Of a stretch of 40,802 nucleotides of DNA, positions 8,228 through 16,039 are shown piece by piece. The position numbers were made by a program, and so were the translations under genes. Every line of letters starts with the position of its first letter. The stretch's first letter is position 1. Source of the stretch: a virus (lineage: Duplodnaviria; Caudoviricetes); the IMG/VR virus record IMGVR_UViG_3300011339_000822, positions 1-40,802 of that record; one strand, given 5' to 3'. The notes beneath the pieces were generated by a model. It had not been told where the DNA came from. It searched no databases and worked only from the letters and a program-made list of their open reading frames with translations.

Positions 8228-8391
8228 TGAATGAAAAATTTATTGTAATTTGTACAGAATGTTCCAAAGAACATTTAACAACCGAAGTGGAATTCCTCAA
8301 TGTTGAAGAAGATATGCAAGGTCGTGATGTAATGTATTTTGTATGTCCTGTGACAGTCACAGAGACCAAAAGTTTAGTTTATAAACAGTAA
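8227..8391 (+). CDS. Small Cys-containing hypothetical protein (54 aa)
   Basis: MNEKFIVICTECSKEH...FVCPVT; translationally coupled to the upstream ORF. Confidence 0.6.
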   Translation: MNEKFIVICTECSKEHLTTEVEFLNVEEDMQGRDVMYFVCPVTVTETKSLVYKQ

Positions 8392-8404
8392 AAAGGAAAT
8401 TATT

Positions 8405-8488
8405 ATGCAAGCAATTACCAACCTAATCATTGTTATGATGCCTGTTATCATTATGGGACTGTCAATTATTATAAAGGATGGATTCTAA
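8405..8488 (+). CDS. Small membrane peptide (27 aa)
   Basis: MQAITNLIIVMMPVIIMGLSIIIKDGF; AAGGA RBS. Confidence 0.5.
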   Translation: MQAITNLIIVMMPVIIMGLSIIIKDGF

Positions 8489-8489
8489 A

Positions 8490-8771
8490 ATGAGAGATGG
8501 ATATGGAGTATGTCCTGTATGTAACGGAACTTGTTATGTCAATTTGACAGAACAAGAAAAAACTTATTCTTGGAATAAAGATAAAACCAACCGCCCTTGT
8601 CACAATTGCGGTGGTCAATATATGTACAGTACCGCAAAAGGTGAAGTACGATTAAATAGTGAAGGGGTACCCTGTACACATAATTATAAGAGTACCAATG
8701 ATGGCCGTTGTTTAACAGGTTACACTTGTCAACATTGCGGAGATCGTTATCAAATTGATTCAGGTGATTAA
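8490..8771 (+). CDS. Zn-finger protein (DnaJ-like CxxCxG repeats)
   Basis: CPVCNGT, CHNCGG and CQHCG motifs. Confidence 0.65.
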   Translation: MRDGYGVCPVCNGTCYVNLTEQEKTYSWNKDKTNRPCHNCGGQYMYSTAKGEVRLNSEGVPCTHNYKSTNDGRCLTGYTCQHCGDRYQIDSGD

Positions 8772-8990
8772 ATGAAAACTAAAGAAGAAATTATACACGA
8801 TATGTGTTTTTCATATAGACATGACTACGGGCTACGTAAATTTCCCGGTGAACCAAATTGGACATCAGGCATGACTGAGCAGGATGCCAAAATGCTTTAC
8901 AAAACGATGGAACAGATATATAATAACGACATTGAACCTATTATTGAACACTACAAAGGACAAGAAAATGCATTTAAGTCAAATAAATGA
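8772..8990 (+). CDS. Hypothetical protein
   Basis: 72 aa ORF abutting the upstream stop. Confidence 0.65.
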   Translation: MKTKEEIIHDMCFSYRHDYGLRKFPGEPNWTSGMTEQDAKMLYKTMEQIYNNDIEPIIEHYKGQENAFKSNK

Positions 8991-9513
8991 AATTACCGAT
9001 CACCGCATTACTAGTGGTAGTGAATATCAGTGGCAATGCTATCCAGATGCACGATACCTAGATTATGAAAGTGATTATGCTCACCTATCGGTGTTGTATA
9101 GCACAGTTGACCAAACAGTATATTGTGCCGAAGTGTCCGTTAAAACTGAGGCATGGGAAAAAGATAAAAAACCTTATCGTTGGTTAAATCCAGATCATAA
9201 GGATGCTTATCATATTGAGTCAAAAAAACGCAAAGTAGATCCTGACCAAGCATGGGATGATGTTAAGTGGGTTGATTTGGAAGTAGAAGAAGATTTCTTT
9301 GAAAAGGCAGAGGCTATGTTTAACGGAGAAGAATTTGATAATCGTGTCCAAGTCCCTCTAGATTTGGATGATGATTTGATGATGCAATTGTTTATGGAAG
9401 CACATAAACGTGATATCACATTGAATCAACTGGTTGAAGAAATTCTGAAAAAGGTAATAGCTGAATCCGAACTAAATGAATTTATGGATGATTATCCTCA
9501 GGATTTAGGATAA
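8968..9513 (+). CDS. Hypothetical protein with C-terminal ribbon-helix-helix-like segment
   Basis: AAGGA RBS before ATG 8968; C-terminal VPLDLDDDLMMQLFMEAHKRDITLNQLVEEIL. Confidence 0.65.
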   Translation: MHLSQINEITDHRITSGSEYQWQCYPDARYLDYESDYAHLSVLYSTVDQTVYCAEVSVKTEAWEKDKKPYRWLNPDHKDAYHIESKKRKVDPDQAWDDVKWVDLEVEEDFFEKAEAMFNGEEFDNRVQVPLDLDDDLMMQLFMEAHKRDITLNQLVEEILKKVIAESELNEFMDDYPQDLG

Positions 9514-9558
9514 CATGTCAACGTAATAGTTATTTAAAACGTTAAATAGTATATAGGG

Positions 9559-9638
9559 ACTTGAAAAAAATTGACAACAAATGGTTTTGGGTCTATAATA
9601 GAGTCTCATTCAGTCAAAAGGAGTTTTCAAATGGAACA
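9559..9638 (+). promoter_or_regulatory. Promoter-leader-RBS-ATG cassette, near-identical to 12514-12593
   Basis: TTGACA(9571)-17-TATAAT(9594)-AGAGTCTCATTCAGTCAAAAGGAGTTTTCAAATGGAAC. Confidence 0.85.
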
Positions 9639-10005
9639 TGTATCTAATATGAAAAAAATTCTAGTAACATTGGCACTTGCAGTATCAGTGCCCGCATTTG
9701 CAATTGATTGTCGCAGAGGTATTGACCATAAACATCCTGCATGTTATGGATATCGTCATGTGGATCATCGCCACATAAATCATCACCATAGTCCTGTGGT
9801 TGTATACCGAAATAATGATTGGGTGGGACCAGCTATTGCAGGTGCAATAGGAACCGCAATCATCATTGATGTAATGAACCGTAGACAAGAAACACAAATT
9901 GTAGTACAACCTACAGTGGGTCAGTCTAATCAAATATGCACGCCTTGGACTGAAACGCAACAGCCAGATGGATCAATAACTCGTACACGTACTTGTAATC
10001 AATGA
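9631..10005 (+). CDS. Secreted/membrane His-rich hypothetical protein
   Basis: Signal peptide MKKILVTLALAVSVPAFA from the second ATG (9649), His-rich stretch, hydrophobic Gly/Ala helix, C-terminal Cys pair. Confidence 0.7.
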   Translation: MEHVSNMKKILVTLALAVSVPAFAIDCRRGIDHKHPACYGYRHVDHRHINHHHSPVVVYRNNDWVGPAIAGAIGTAIIIDVMNRRQETQIVVQPTVGQSNQICTPWTETQQPDGSITRTRTCNQ

Positions 10006-10014
10006 CCAAATGAA

Positions 10015-10043
10015 TTGCAATAATATCGTTCATAGTATATAAT
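10015..10043 (+). promoter_or_regulatory. sigma70 promoter
   Basis: TTGCAA-17 bp-TATAAT just upstream of ATG 10049. Confidence 0.65.
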
Positions 10044-10048
10044 ATATT

Positions 10049-10336
10049 ATGAACGATATTTTTTATGGAATTTTTTCTTGGATCAAAGATGACTTTAAGT
10101 CTAACAGAATTCGCTTTATTATTGAGCTTCTTGCATGGGCTATTAGTATTGGTTGCAGTATTGTTATGGCATTCACAGTCCCCAATCCCCCGCTACTTGC
10201 TCTTTATCCTGTTTGGATTCTTGGCTGTGCTATGTATGCTTGGGCTAGTTGGACTAGGAAATCTTTTGGCATGCTGGCTAACTATATATTGTTAACCACA
10301 ATTGACTCTATTGGACTTATTAGGATGATTATATGA
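10049..10336 (+). CDS. Small integral membrane protein (about 3 TM)
   Basis: Three hydrophobic segments. Confidence 0.7.
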   Translation: MNDIFYGIFSWIKDDFKSNRIRFIIELLAWAISIGCSIVMAFTVPNPPLLALYPVWILGCAMYAWASWTRKSFGMLANYILLTTIDSIGLIRMII

Positions 10337-10911
10337 AACAAGAACTAGATAAATTATTGTGTGAAAAGTATCCAAAGATGATGGTGAACCGTGACAAGCC
10401 CATGCAGGAAACTTGTATGTGTTGGGGCTTTGAATGTGGTGATGGTTGGTTTAATATCTTGGATCAGTTGATGGGTAATATTCAACATCACATCGATTGG
10501 AGAGAGAAACAGCGCAAGTGGGCTATTGACTACAATGAAATGGCCGCACAGGCCAAAGCTGGAAACGTTGACCTGTTTGAAGACACTACGAAGGCTCAAC
10601 CTAATGACGAGTATAAAGAAAAACGTCTAGCAGAAATTGTTGCTGGAGAGTTTAGAGAAATTCCAGAATCAATTCCGCAAGTAACATTGGATCAAGTTAA
10701 AGAAAAGTTTGGTACACTGCGGTTTTATTACACAGGTGGTGATGATGTTATTGACGGTATGGTACGTATGGCAGAATCTATGTCAGGTGTAACTTGCGAA
10801 GGTTGCGGAAACCCAGGCAAAAGTCGAGGTGGTGGTTGGATACATACCTACTGTACACCTTGTGAAGAGGAACGTGCAGAAAAATATAACTTATCTAAAG
10901 ACAAATTATGA
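10333..10911 (+). CDS. Conserved phage hypothetical protein
   Basis: GFECGDGW, QVKEKFGTLRFY and C-terminal CxxCG...CxxC. Confidence 0.75.
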   Translation: MKQELDKLLCEKYPKMMVNRDKPMQETCMCWGFECGDGWFNILDQLMGNIQHHIDWREKQRKWAIDYNEMAAQAKAGNVDLFEDTTKAQPNDEYKEKRLAEIVAGEFREIPESIPQVTLDQVKEKFGTLRFYYTGGDDVIDGMVRMAESMSGVTCEGCGNPGKSRGGGWIHTYCTPCEEERAEKYNLSKDKL

Positions 10912-11369
10912 AACAATATCTTATTGACTTAAAAGAAGACCCGGAAACAGGTGATTGTATTTTAGAATTTCCTCCCGACATGTTAGAAGAAACAGGTTGG
11001 AAAGAAGGTGATGTGTTAGAATGGCACGATAACAAAGATGGATCATATACTATGACAAAGAAAGAAACACAATTGGTGCTTGTTGAAGCAGTAAGCACTT
11101 TCCGCATGCGATACATGGTTGAGGTTCCTCTCGGGACTGATGATTATGGTAAAGACAAGAGTGAATGGGCATTGGATACTGTTACAATGAACGAAGCTAA
11201 AGAGTTTAGCCAAGAACATTTGGGTGAACAAATTGTTAGTCATCGTGTTGTTACAAAAGAGGAAGCATTGGCATTATGTGATGTAGACAATGACTATGGT
11301 AGTTCTTGGGATGAAGAAACCAAAATGAAAAACTTTTTCACAACATGGAAAGAACAGGAAAAGAAATGA
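10908..11369 (+). CDS. AbrB/MazE-like DNA-binding domain fused to an acidic domain
   Basis: EDPETGDCILEFPPDMLEETGWKEGDVLEW. Confidence 0.6.
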   Translation: MKQYLIDLKEDPETGDCILEFPPDMLEETGWKEGDVLEWHDNKDGSYTMTKKETQLVLVEAVSTFRMRYMVEVPLGTDDYGKDKSEWALDTVTMNEAKEFSQEHLGEQIVSHRVVTKEEALALCDVDNDYGSSWDEETKMKNFFTTWKEQEKK

Positions 11370-11704
11370 ACATCACTACCGAGTGGACAGACAAAGACTG
11401 GGATAAACTAACTGAATGGTTGGGTGGAGTATTAAAAGTTATCCCAGTCACAATTACATTTACTAAAAAAGATGGCTCCGAGCGTGTGATGAAATGCACA
11501 TTGGATCCAGAACTACTACCTAAGGTAGAACCTAAGTTAGTTACCGAAGATAAAAAACCTAGAAAAGAAAGCACCACTTCAATGCGTGTTTTTGATTTAG
11601 AAAAAAATGAATGGAGAAGTTTTACAATTAAAAGTATCAAACATATCTCAGCAACATTAGGGGAAACACCGGAAGAATTTAATGGAAACACTACAGCACT
11701 ATAA
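11366..11704 (+). CDS. WYL_2/SH3-like beta-barrel protein
   Basis: VTITFTKKDGSERVMKCTL...VFDLEKNEWRSF. Confidence 0.75.
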   Translation: MNITTEWTDKDWDKLTEWLGGVLKVIPVTITFTKKDGSERVMKCTLDPELLPKVEPKLVTEDKKPRKESTTSMRVFDLEKNEWRSFTIKSIKHISATLGETPEEFNGNTTAL

Positions 11705-12020
11705 ACAATATCTATCCATTGAAGGTAATTCTACCCGAAGCGAATATTGGGGAGTATATTTGGCTACTTGGTTGATACTTGCTATTATAACCATGATATT
11801 TTTTGTACTAACACTGATCGGTACAATCGGAGTTGTGGTAGGGTCAATCATGTTGTTAGTTACTTCCGCTACACTTACTTGGGCAATGCTGGCTACATCA
11901 ATTAGGCGTTGCCGTGATGCGGGTATTAGTCCGTGGTTTACTTTAAGTTTTTTGGTACCGTATCTTAATTTTATTGTGTTCATTGTATTTGGTGTACTGA
12001 AGACTGACAAAATGGATTGA
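11682..12020 (+). CDS. DUF805 family inner-membrane protein
   Basis: GxSTRSEYW and SIRRCRDAGISPW motifs with TM helices. Confidence 0.8.
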   Translation: METLQHYKQYLSIEGNSTRSEYWGVYLATWLILAIITMIFFVLTLIGTIGVVVGSIMLLVTSATLTWAMLATSIRRCRDAGISPWFTLSFLVPYLNFIVFIVFGVLKTDKMD

Positions 12021-12045
12021 CAATAAATAGATTCTCTGCTATAAT
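12017..12045 (+). promoter_or_regulatory. sigma70 early promoter
   Basis: TTGACA-ataaatagattctctgc-TATAAT. Confidence 0.85.
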
Positions 12046-12054
12046 ACTTGTATT

Positions 12055-12219
12055 ATGAAAAAAGAAATACTATCTTTCACTGTTGTACAGCCCAAACACA
12101 GGGCTCACCGTGTTCTTTTTTGTGAGAACACCCCATTCAAACCTAAGGTTGTTAAGTCTAAGACCGCTTACCAACGTAAACCCAAACATCCAAAATTTGA
12201 CAATAATTCCTCTTTCTGA
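12055..12219 (+). CDS. Small basic protein, ArfA-like motif (54 aa)
   Basis: MKKEILSFTVVQPKHRAHRVLFCENTPFKPKVVKSKTAYQRKPKHPKFDNNSSF; lies directly behind a promoter; not in the ORF track. Confidence 0.6.
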   Translation: MKKEILSFTVVQPKHRAHRVLFCENTPFKPKVVKSKTAYQRKPKHPKFDNNSSF

Positions 12220-12225
12220 TACAAT
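12197..12225 (+). promoter_or_regulatory. sigma70 promoter
   Basis: TTGACA-17 bp-TACAAT, followed by the same ACTTGTATT leader as the 12017 promoter. Confidence 0.75.
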
Positions 12226-12251
12226 ACTTGTATTGAAACTAAAGGAGTTAT

Positions 12252-12530
12252 ATGACTATAGAATTTAACAAAGACCTTCTTTGTAAGGATTGTAAGAATG
12301 TTGAGGCCAACTTTATGTCTAGGCTTACTAATTTTACTTATGGGTTCAAGTGTACTCTTCCTGAGAGTTGGAACGAACCCAAATTTGATCCGGTAGTAGG
12401 AGAGACCAAAGAAGGTTACTTTAATACCGCCGGATTGATGCGTGGCACCCATGAAGCATGTGGCCCTGACGCTAAAAAATGGGTGCCCTCAAGTACAAAA
12501 AAGGTCTTTTTGTACTTGAAAAAAGGTTGA
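12252..12530 (+). CDS. Cys-containing hypothetical protein
   Basis: AAGGAG RBS; CKDC...C...CGPDAKKW. Confidence 0.7.
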   Translation: MTIEFNKDLLCKDCKNVEANFMSRLTNFTYGFKCTLPESWNEPKFDPVVGETKEGYFNTAGLMRGTHEACGPDAKKWVPSSTKKVFLYLKKG

Positions 12531-12593
12531 CATTAAATGGTTTCGGGTATATAATAGAGTCTTATTCAGTCAAAAGGAGTTTTCAAATGGAAC
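12514..12593 (+). promoter_or_regulatory. Promoter-leader-RBS-ATG cassette, near-identical to 9559-9638
   Basis: TTGACA(12527)-17-TATAAT(12550)-AGAGTCTTATTCAGTCAAAAGGAGTTTTCAAATGGAAC. Confidence 0.85.
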
Positions 12594-12880
12594 GTATGAC
12601 ACAAATTCAACAAGTCAATTCTGCTATTATGTTTGGTAATTTTACCAATGAAGAACTGACCAGTATTATAGATGCAGTTAAATTTGCCCGTGCTAGTATT
12701 GTAAACCAAAACAAACGTGCAATGACAGTAGGGACAATTGTTAAATTTACAAGTAGCCGCACTGGAGTGTCCGTGACTGGTACTGTTGAAAAAATAAATC
12801 GTAAATTTATCATTGTCCGTGAGAATGGTAAAGCATTCGGCAATTGGCGTGTCCCCGCTAACATGTTGACTGTTGTGTAA
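12587..12880 (+). CDS. Hypothetical protein with C-terminal SH3/KOW-like barrel
   Basis: VGTIVKF...GTVEKINRKFIIV...WRVPANML. Confidence 0.7.
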   Translation: MERMTQIQQVNSAIMFGNFTNEELTSIIDAVKFARASIVNQNKRAMTVGTIVKFTSSRTGVSVTGTVEKINRKFIIVRENGKAFGNWRVPANMLTVV

Positions 12881-12897
12881 AAACAACACATTCAAAC

Positions 12898-12926
12898 TTG
12901 ACAATAAATCATTTTGGGCTTATAAT
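12898..12926 (+). promoter_or_regulatory. sigma70 early promoter with upstream palindrome
   Basis: TTGACA-17-TATAAT; inverted repeat TGTTGT-N6-ACAACA at 12871-12888. Confidence 0.85.
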
Positions 12927-12958
12927 AGAGTCTTATTCAGTTGATTAAAGGAAACGAA

Positions 12959-13228
12959 ATGAAAGCACTTCAAAAATATATCGATCAGCAAAATCAGTGG
13001 AATGCAATTTTCAAAGGTCGTCAATATGAAGTTGACACTTTTGAGGGTCGCAAGCAAGTGGCAGAAATGATTGATTCCGCATTGAGTCCTGAAAACTTGA
13101 CCTGCGACGGTGAACTTCCCCGTAGTCAAGTGCAAGCAAAGTATCGTGCATTGACTGCCGCGGCACAGGATCTCATCAAAATGGATCCGAGGGTTGCTCA
13201 GTATATGTACGAATTTTCTGAGGTGTAA
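12959..13228 (+). CDS. Conserved phage hypothetical protein
   Basis: LSPENLTCDGE motif; AAGGA RBS. Confidence 0.75.
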   Translation: MKALQKYIDQQNQWNAIFKGRQYEVDTFEGRKQVAEMIDSALSPENLTCDGELPRSQVQAKYRALTAAAQDLIKMDPRVAQYMYEFSEV

Positions 13229-13230
13229 AA

Positions 13231-13434
13231 ATGAGTAACATTATAACAACGGTCGTAGGCATTATAACCCTAGTATTGGTCGTCAGTTTTTTACTGAGTT
13301 GGCCGGTGATGATGTTGTGGAACGGCTGTTTGGTCGGTGCAATTGATGGTGTACATGAAGTGTCCTGGCTACAGGCTTGGGGCATTAGTGTATTGTGTGG
13401 ATTTTTGTTTAGAACTACTGCGAGTACAAAATGA
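13231..13434 (+). CDS. Small membrane protein
   Basis: Two hydrophobic helices, MMLWN and SWLQAWG motifs. Confidence 0.7.
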   Translation: MSNIITTVVGIITLVLVVSFLLSWPVMMLWNGCLVGAIDGVHEVSWLQAWGISVLCGFLFRTTASTK

Positions 13435-13604
13435 GTAAAATGGCTGATTTGAGTTTGGAAATCCAATCCATGTTGGAAGATGGGGATCATCCTACTAAAA
13501 TTGCAAAAATACTTGAAGTTCCGCTAGGATGGGTGTATGACACACTTGAATCTATGGAACCAAATGAGGAAGAACTAAGCCCTTTTGCAACGGTTAATTC
13601 TTAA
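13431..13604 (+). CDS. Small HTH-like hypothetical protein (57 aa)
   Basis: MSKMADLSLEIQSMLEDGDHPTKIAKILEVPLGWVYD...; not in the ORF track. Confidence 0.6.
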   Translation: MSKMADLSLEIQSMLEDGDHPTKIAKILEVPLGWVYDTLESMEPNEEELSPFATVNS

Positions 13605-13605
13605 A

Positions 13606-13743
13606 ATGATAATTCTAAGTGTTTTTTTCATGGTAATGACAGGGTATTGGCTTCTCGAATCTGAGAAGTATTCCTTTGCTTGGTGGATAACCGGAATAGC
13701 ATTTAGTCTTAATACTTTATCAGTATTAATGCATTTGGGTTAA
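13606..13743 (+). CDS. Small membrane protein (45 aa)
   Basis: MIILSVFFMVMTGYWLL...FAWWITGIAFSLNTLSVLMHLG. Confidence 0.5.
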   Translation: MIILSVFFMVMTGYWLLESEKYSFAWWITGIAFSLNTLSVLMHLG

Positions 13744-13780
13744 AGCCATGAAGGAACTGACTATGCAGGAATCATGCTGT

Positions 13781-13885
13781 AAAAGTAATACTTTAACATT
13801 ACAGTTTTTGAAAACAAAAGTATTCATTTTTCCCAGTTAGGTGCTCTAGGACCAATTCTTTTTCGAGGGATAGATACTGACACAC
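13781..13885. repeat. Conserved intergenic element, copy 2 (copy 1 at 7526-7629)
   Basis: Same ordered blocks as copy 1; the TTAGGTGCT to ATACTGAC offset is 37 bp in both. Confidence 0.7.
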
Positions 13886-13906
13886 CTCAAAAGAATTTGC
13901 CAAAGG

Positions 13907-13935
13907 TTGACAATAAATCGGTTCGGGTATATAAT
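13907..13935 (+). promoter_or_regulatory. sigma70 early promoter
   Basis: TTGACA-ataaatcggttcgggta-TATAAT. Confidence 0.85.
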
Positions 13936-13966
13936 ACATGTATTGATTGATTAAAGGAGCTAGCAA

Positions 13967-14167
13967 ATGATTAACGAATCAAAAGTTTTGGAAGTTGTGA
14001 AATCTGTGACCGATACCAATGCTTACTTTTTCAACGGTACATTGTTTTTGGAGACGGTTGATAGCAAAGTTGCTGTTGACGTTTTCAATGCGATTTGGGA
14101 ACAAGTGACTGCCACTATTGCTTTTGTCAAGGCAGGTAATGAAACTATGTACGATTTTATCGGTTGA
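13967..14167 (+). CDS. Hypothetical protein
   Basis: 66 aa ORF, AAGGAG RBS. Confidence 0.7.
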   Translation: MINESKVLEVVKSVTDTNAYFFNGTLFLETVDSKVAVDVFNAIWEQVTATIAFVKAGNETMYDFIG

Positions 14168-14192
14168 CAATAAATGGATTTGGGTATATAAT
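14164..14192 (+). promoter_or_regulatory. sigma70 early promoter
   Basis: TTGACA-ataaatggatttgggta-TATAAT. Confidence 0.85.
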
Positions 14193-14225
14193 AGAATCTT
14201 AAACAGTAAAGAAAAGGACTAGAAA

Positions 14226-14663
14226 ATGGCTTACATGAATCAAGAACGCAAAGCAAAAATCTCCAAAGCACTTAAGCCTATTTTGGCTAAGTACAAGGTT
14301 AAGGGTTCACTGAGTGTCCACAATCATTCTAGTATTGTGTTGACCCTCAAATCTGGTGCTATTGATTTTATTGGCAATAGCAACAAAGTTTGTGGCAATG
14401 ACCACTATCAAGTGGCACGTGGTTTTAAACCCGAAACTAGTGGTCACAGCCAAGTCAATCCATACTGGTTCCAGGATCACTATGATGGCAAGGCAAAGGC
14501 TTTCTTGACCGAGGCATTCAAAGCACTGAAGTCGGCCGATTGGTATGACGAATCGGACGCAATGACTGATTATTTCAACACTGCCTATTATGTTGATATT
14601 AACATCGGTAAGTGGAACAAGCCCTATGAAGTTGAAGGTTCTTGGAACACGGTAACTGTTTAA
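14226..14663 (+). CDS. Conserved phage protein with SDxMTDYF motif (LPD29-like)
   Basis: DWYDESDAMTDYFNTAYYVDINIGKWNKPY. Confidence 0.7.
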   Translation: MAYMNQERKAKISKALKPILAKYKVKGSLSVHNHSSIVLTLKSGAIDFIGNSNKVCGNDHYQVARGFKPETSGHSQVNPYWFQDHYDGKAKAFLTEAFKALKSADWYDESDAMTDYFNTAYYVDINIGKWNKPYEVEGSWNTVTV

Positions 14664-14672
14664 GGAATTCAT

Positions 14673-14879
14673 ATGAATAAGAAAGATAAAAAAATCTTTA
14701 ATTTTATTATGTCACTAAACGAATATCAATATGATGTTTGGTTGGAAACAATTAGTGATGAATATGTAGAATATGCCAATCAATTATTTGAAATGGCACA
14801 TGCTGACATAGATTCAAAAACGGTTACAGAATTTGATGATGTAAAATTAATTCTTTCACGTTTTAGATTGAAGGCATAA
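14673..14879 (+). CDS. Hypothetical protein
   Basis: 68 aa ORF, AAGGA RBS. Confidence 0.65.
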   Translation: MNKKDKKIFNFIMSLNEYQYDVWLETISDEYVEYANQLFEMAHADIDSKTVTEFDDVKLILSRFRLKA

Positions 14880-14880
14880 T

Positions 14881-15036
14881 ATGAACAGTTATTGGGTAAT
14901 GGTAAAATATAAAGATGAACCGGGTGCTGGTTTCGGTCGTGTCTATCTTAATGCAGACAATCCTTTTCAGGCCATTCAAATGGCAAAATCAATGTATGGT
15001 CGATTATTGATTTCCGAATCAGTAAATATGGCCTAA
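14881..15036 (+). CDS. Hypothetical protein (51 aa)
   Basis: MNSYWVMVKYKDEPGAGFGRVYLNADNPFQAIQMAKSMYG...; abuts the upstream stop. Confidence 0.6.
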   Translation: MNSYWVMVKYKDEPGAGFGRVYLNADNPFQAIQMAKSMYGRLLISESVNMA

Positions 15037-15059
15037 TCGAATAATGGGTAACATAATGG

Positions 15060-15088
15060 TTGACAATAAAACCCACTTGTGTTATCAT
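15060..15088 (+). promoter_or_regulatory. sigma70 promoter
   Basis: TTGACA-ataaaacccacttgtgt-TATCAT. Confidence 0.7.
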
Positions 15089-15149
15089 TATAACAGTGCT
15101 GAGTGATATCAGTACATTTTTTAAACTTAGCTTTTTTAAAGGAAACATA

Positions 15150-15533
15150 ATGGCTAATTCTAATCAAACTTTCAAAGTCGCTGGTATTACTATTCACAAT
15201 GGTAACGCTAAAGTTCGTTTCACTGATGACATGGTCCGTCGCATCAAGCAATTTACGAAAGGTGGCGCATCACGTGTCGATTTCGTTGAGTTGCCTAGTG
15301 AGATGACTAAAGTAGAAGCATTGAAGCATTTGGCAACATTGCCCGAGTTCGCTAGCCCCTCCGATCAGGCAACTATTGCCGATACACTTGCTGACAAAGT
15401 AAAAGAAGCAAGCAAGGGTGAAGTCAAAGTTAAGGCTACTAAAACAAAGCCTAGCATTGATGCTATCAAAGCACGTGCTAAGAAAAACAAAGAAGTGTCC
15501 GCAGAAGAAGTTTTATCTGCTATTTCTGAGTAA
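15150..15533 (+). CDS. Conserved phage hypothetical protein with Lys/Ala-rich tail
   Basis: FKVAG...KVRFTDD...VELPSEMTKVEA; AAGGA RBS. Confidence 0.75.
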   Translation: MANSNQTFKVAGITIHNGNAKVRFTDDMVRRIKQFTKGGASRVDFVELPSEMTKVEALKHLATLPEFASPSDQATIADTLADKVKEASKGEVKVKATKTKPSIDAIKARAKKNKEVSAEEVLSAISE

Positions 15534-15538
15534 TCAAA

Positions 15539-15556
15539 GGGGCTTCGGCCCCATTT
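15539..15556 (+). terminator. UUCG hairpin / weak terminator
   Basis: GGGGC-TTCG-GCCCC followed by ATTT. Confidence 0.6.
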
Positions 15557-15559
15557 AAA

Positions 15560-15772
15560 ATGAATACGAATCTATCTACATTCCGTCGCTCGTTTAATCC
15601 TCGTAGAGAATTTAATCCAGCAGATAAAAAAGATTTACTAGAATTCAAATTCTTTAAAAAGAACGGCAAATGGAAAACTGGTTGTCCGTTTTATCTAGAG
15701 GATCCGTTCGTTGAGATTCCAGCAATGTGTGAAAGTAAATTCACTAATTACATGCTAGAGAAGATGAAATAA
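15560..15772 (+). CDS. Hypothetical protein
   Basis: 70 aa ORF with WKTGCPFYLE motif. Confidence 0.7.
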   Translation: MNTNLSTFRRSFNPRREFNPADKKDLLEFKFFKKNGKWKTGCPFYLEDPFVEIPAMCESKFTNYMLEKMK

Positions 15773-15800
15773 AAAAGCCCCTTAATTGGGGCTTTTTTAT
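15769..15800. terminator. Bidirectional intrinsic terminator at the strand switch
   Basis: ATAAAAAAGCCCC-TTAATT-GGGGCTTTTTTAT between convergent gene blocks. Confidence 0.9.
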
Positions 15801-15880
15801 TTAGGCAATTTGTTTCTATGAAAGCTCCAGAAATCTGGATCGCTTGGTTTTGGGTCTTGTTGTAAATTCATAATATTTCC

Positions 15881-16012
15881 TTAAGTGCTAAATGTGAATG
15901 GATAGTTGTATGTTGCGGCACCAGTCTGACCTTGTATAAAGAATACAAGAGGGCCACCTGGCCAGCTTGATGGCACAGTAACAACTCCAAATTTTATTCC
16001 CGGTGCTACCAT
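15881..16012 (-). CDS. Short ORF (43 aa), possibly an internally deleted remnant
   Basis: MVAPGIKFGVVTVPSSWPGGPLVFFIQGQTGAATYNYPFTFST; AAGGA RBS with upstream GATAAATA. Confidence 0.45.
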   Translation of the reverse strand: MVAPGIKFGVVTVPSSWPGGPLVFFIQGQTGAATYNYPFTFST

Positions 16013-16039
16013 TTTATATCCTTTTGTCTATTTATCGAT

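Noticed and set aside
9571-9630. N-terminal extensions in the ORF track (also 2303, 12479, 12941, 15060, 38569)
   Set aside because: They run through promoter or leader DNA; downstream ATGs with clear RBS were used instead.
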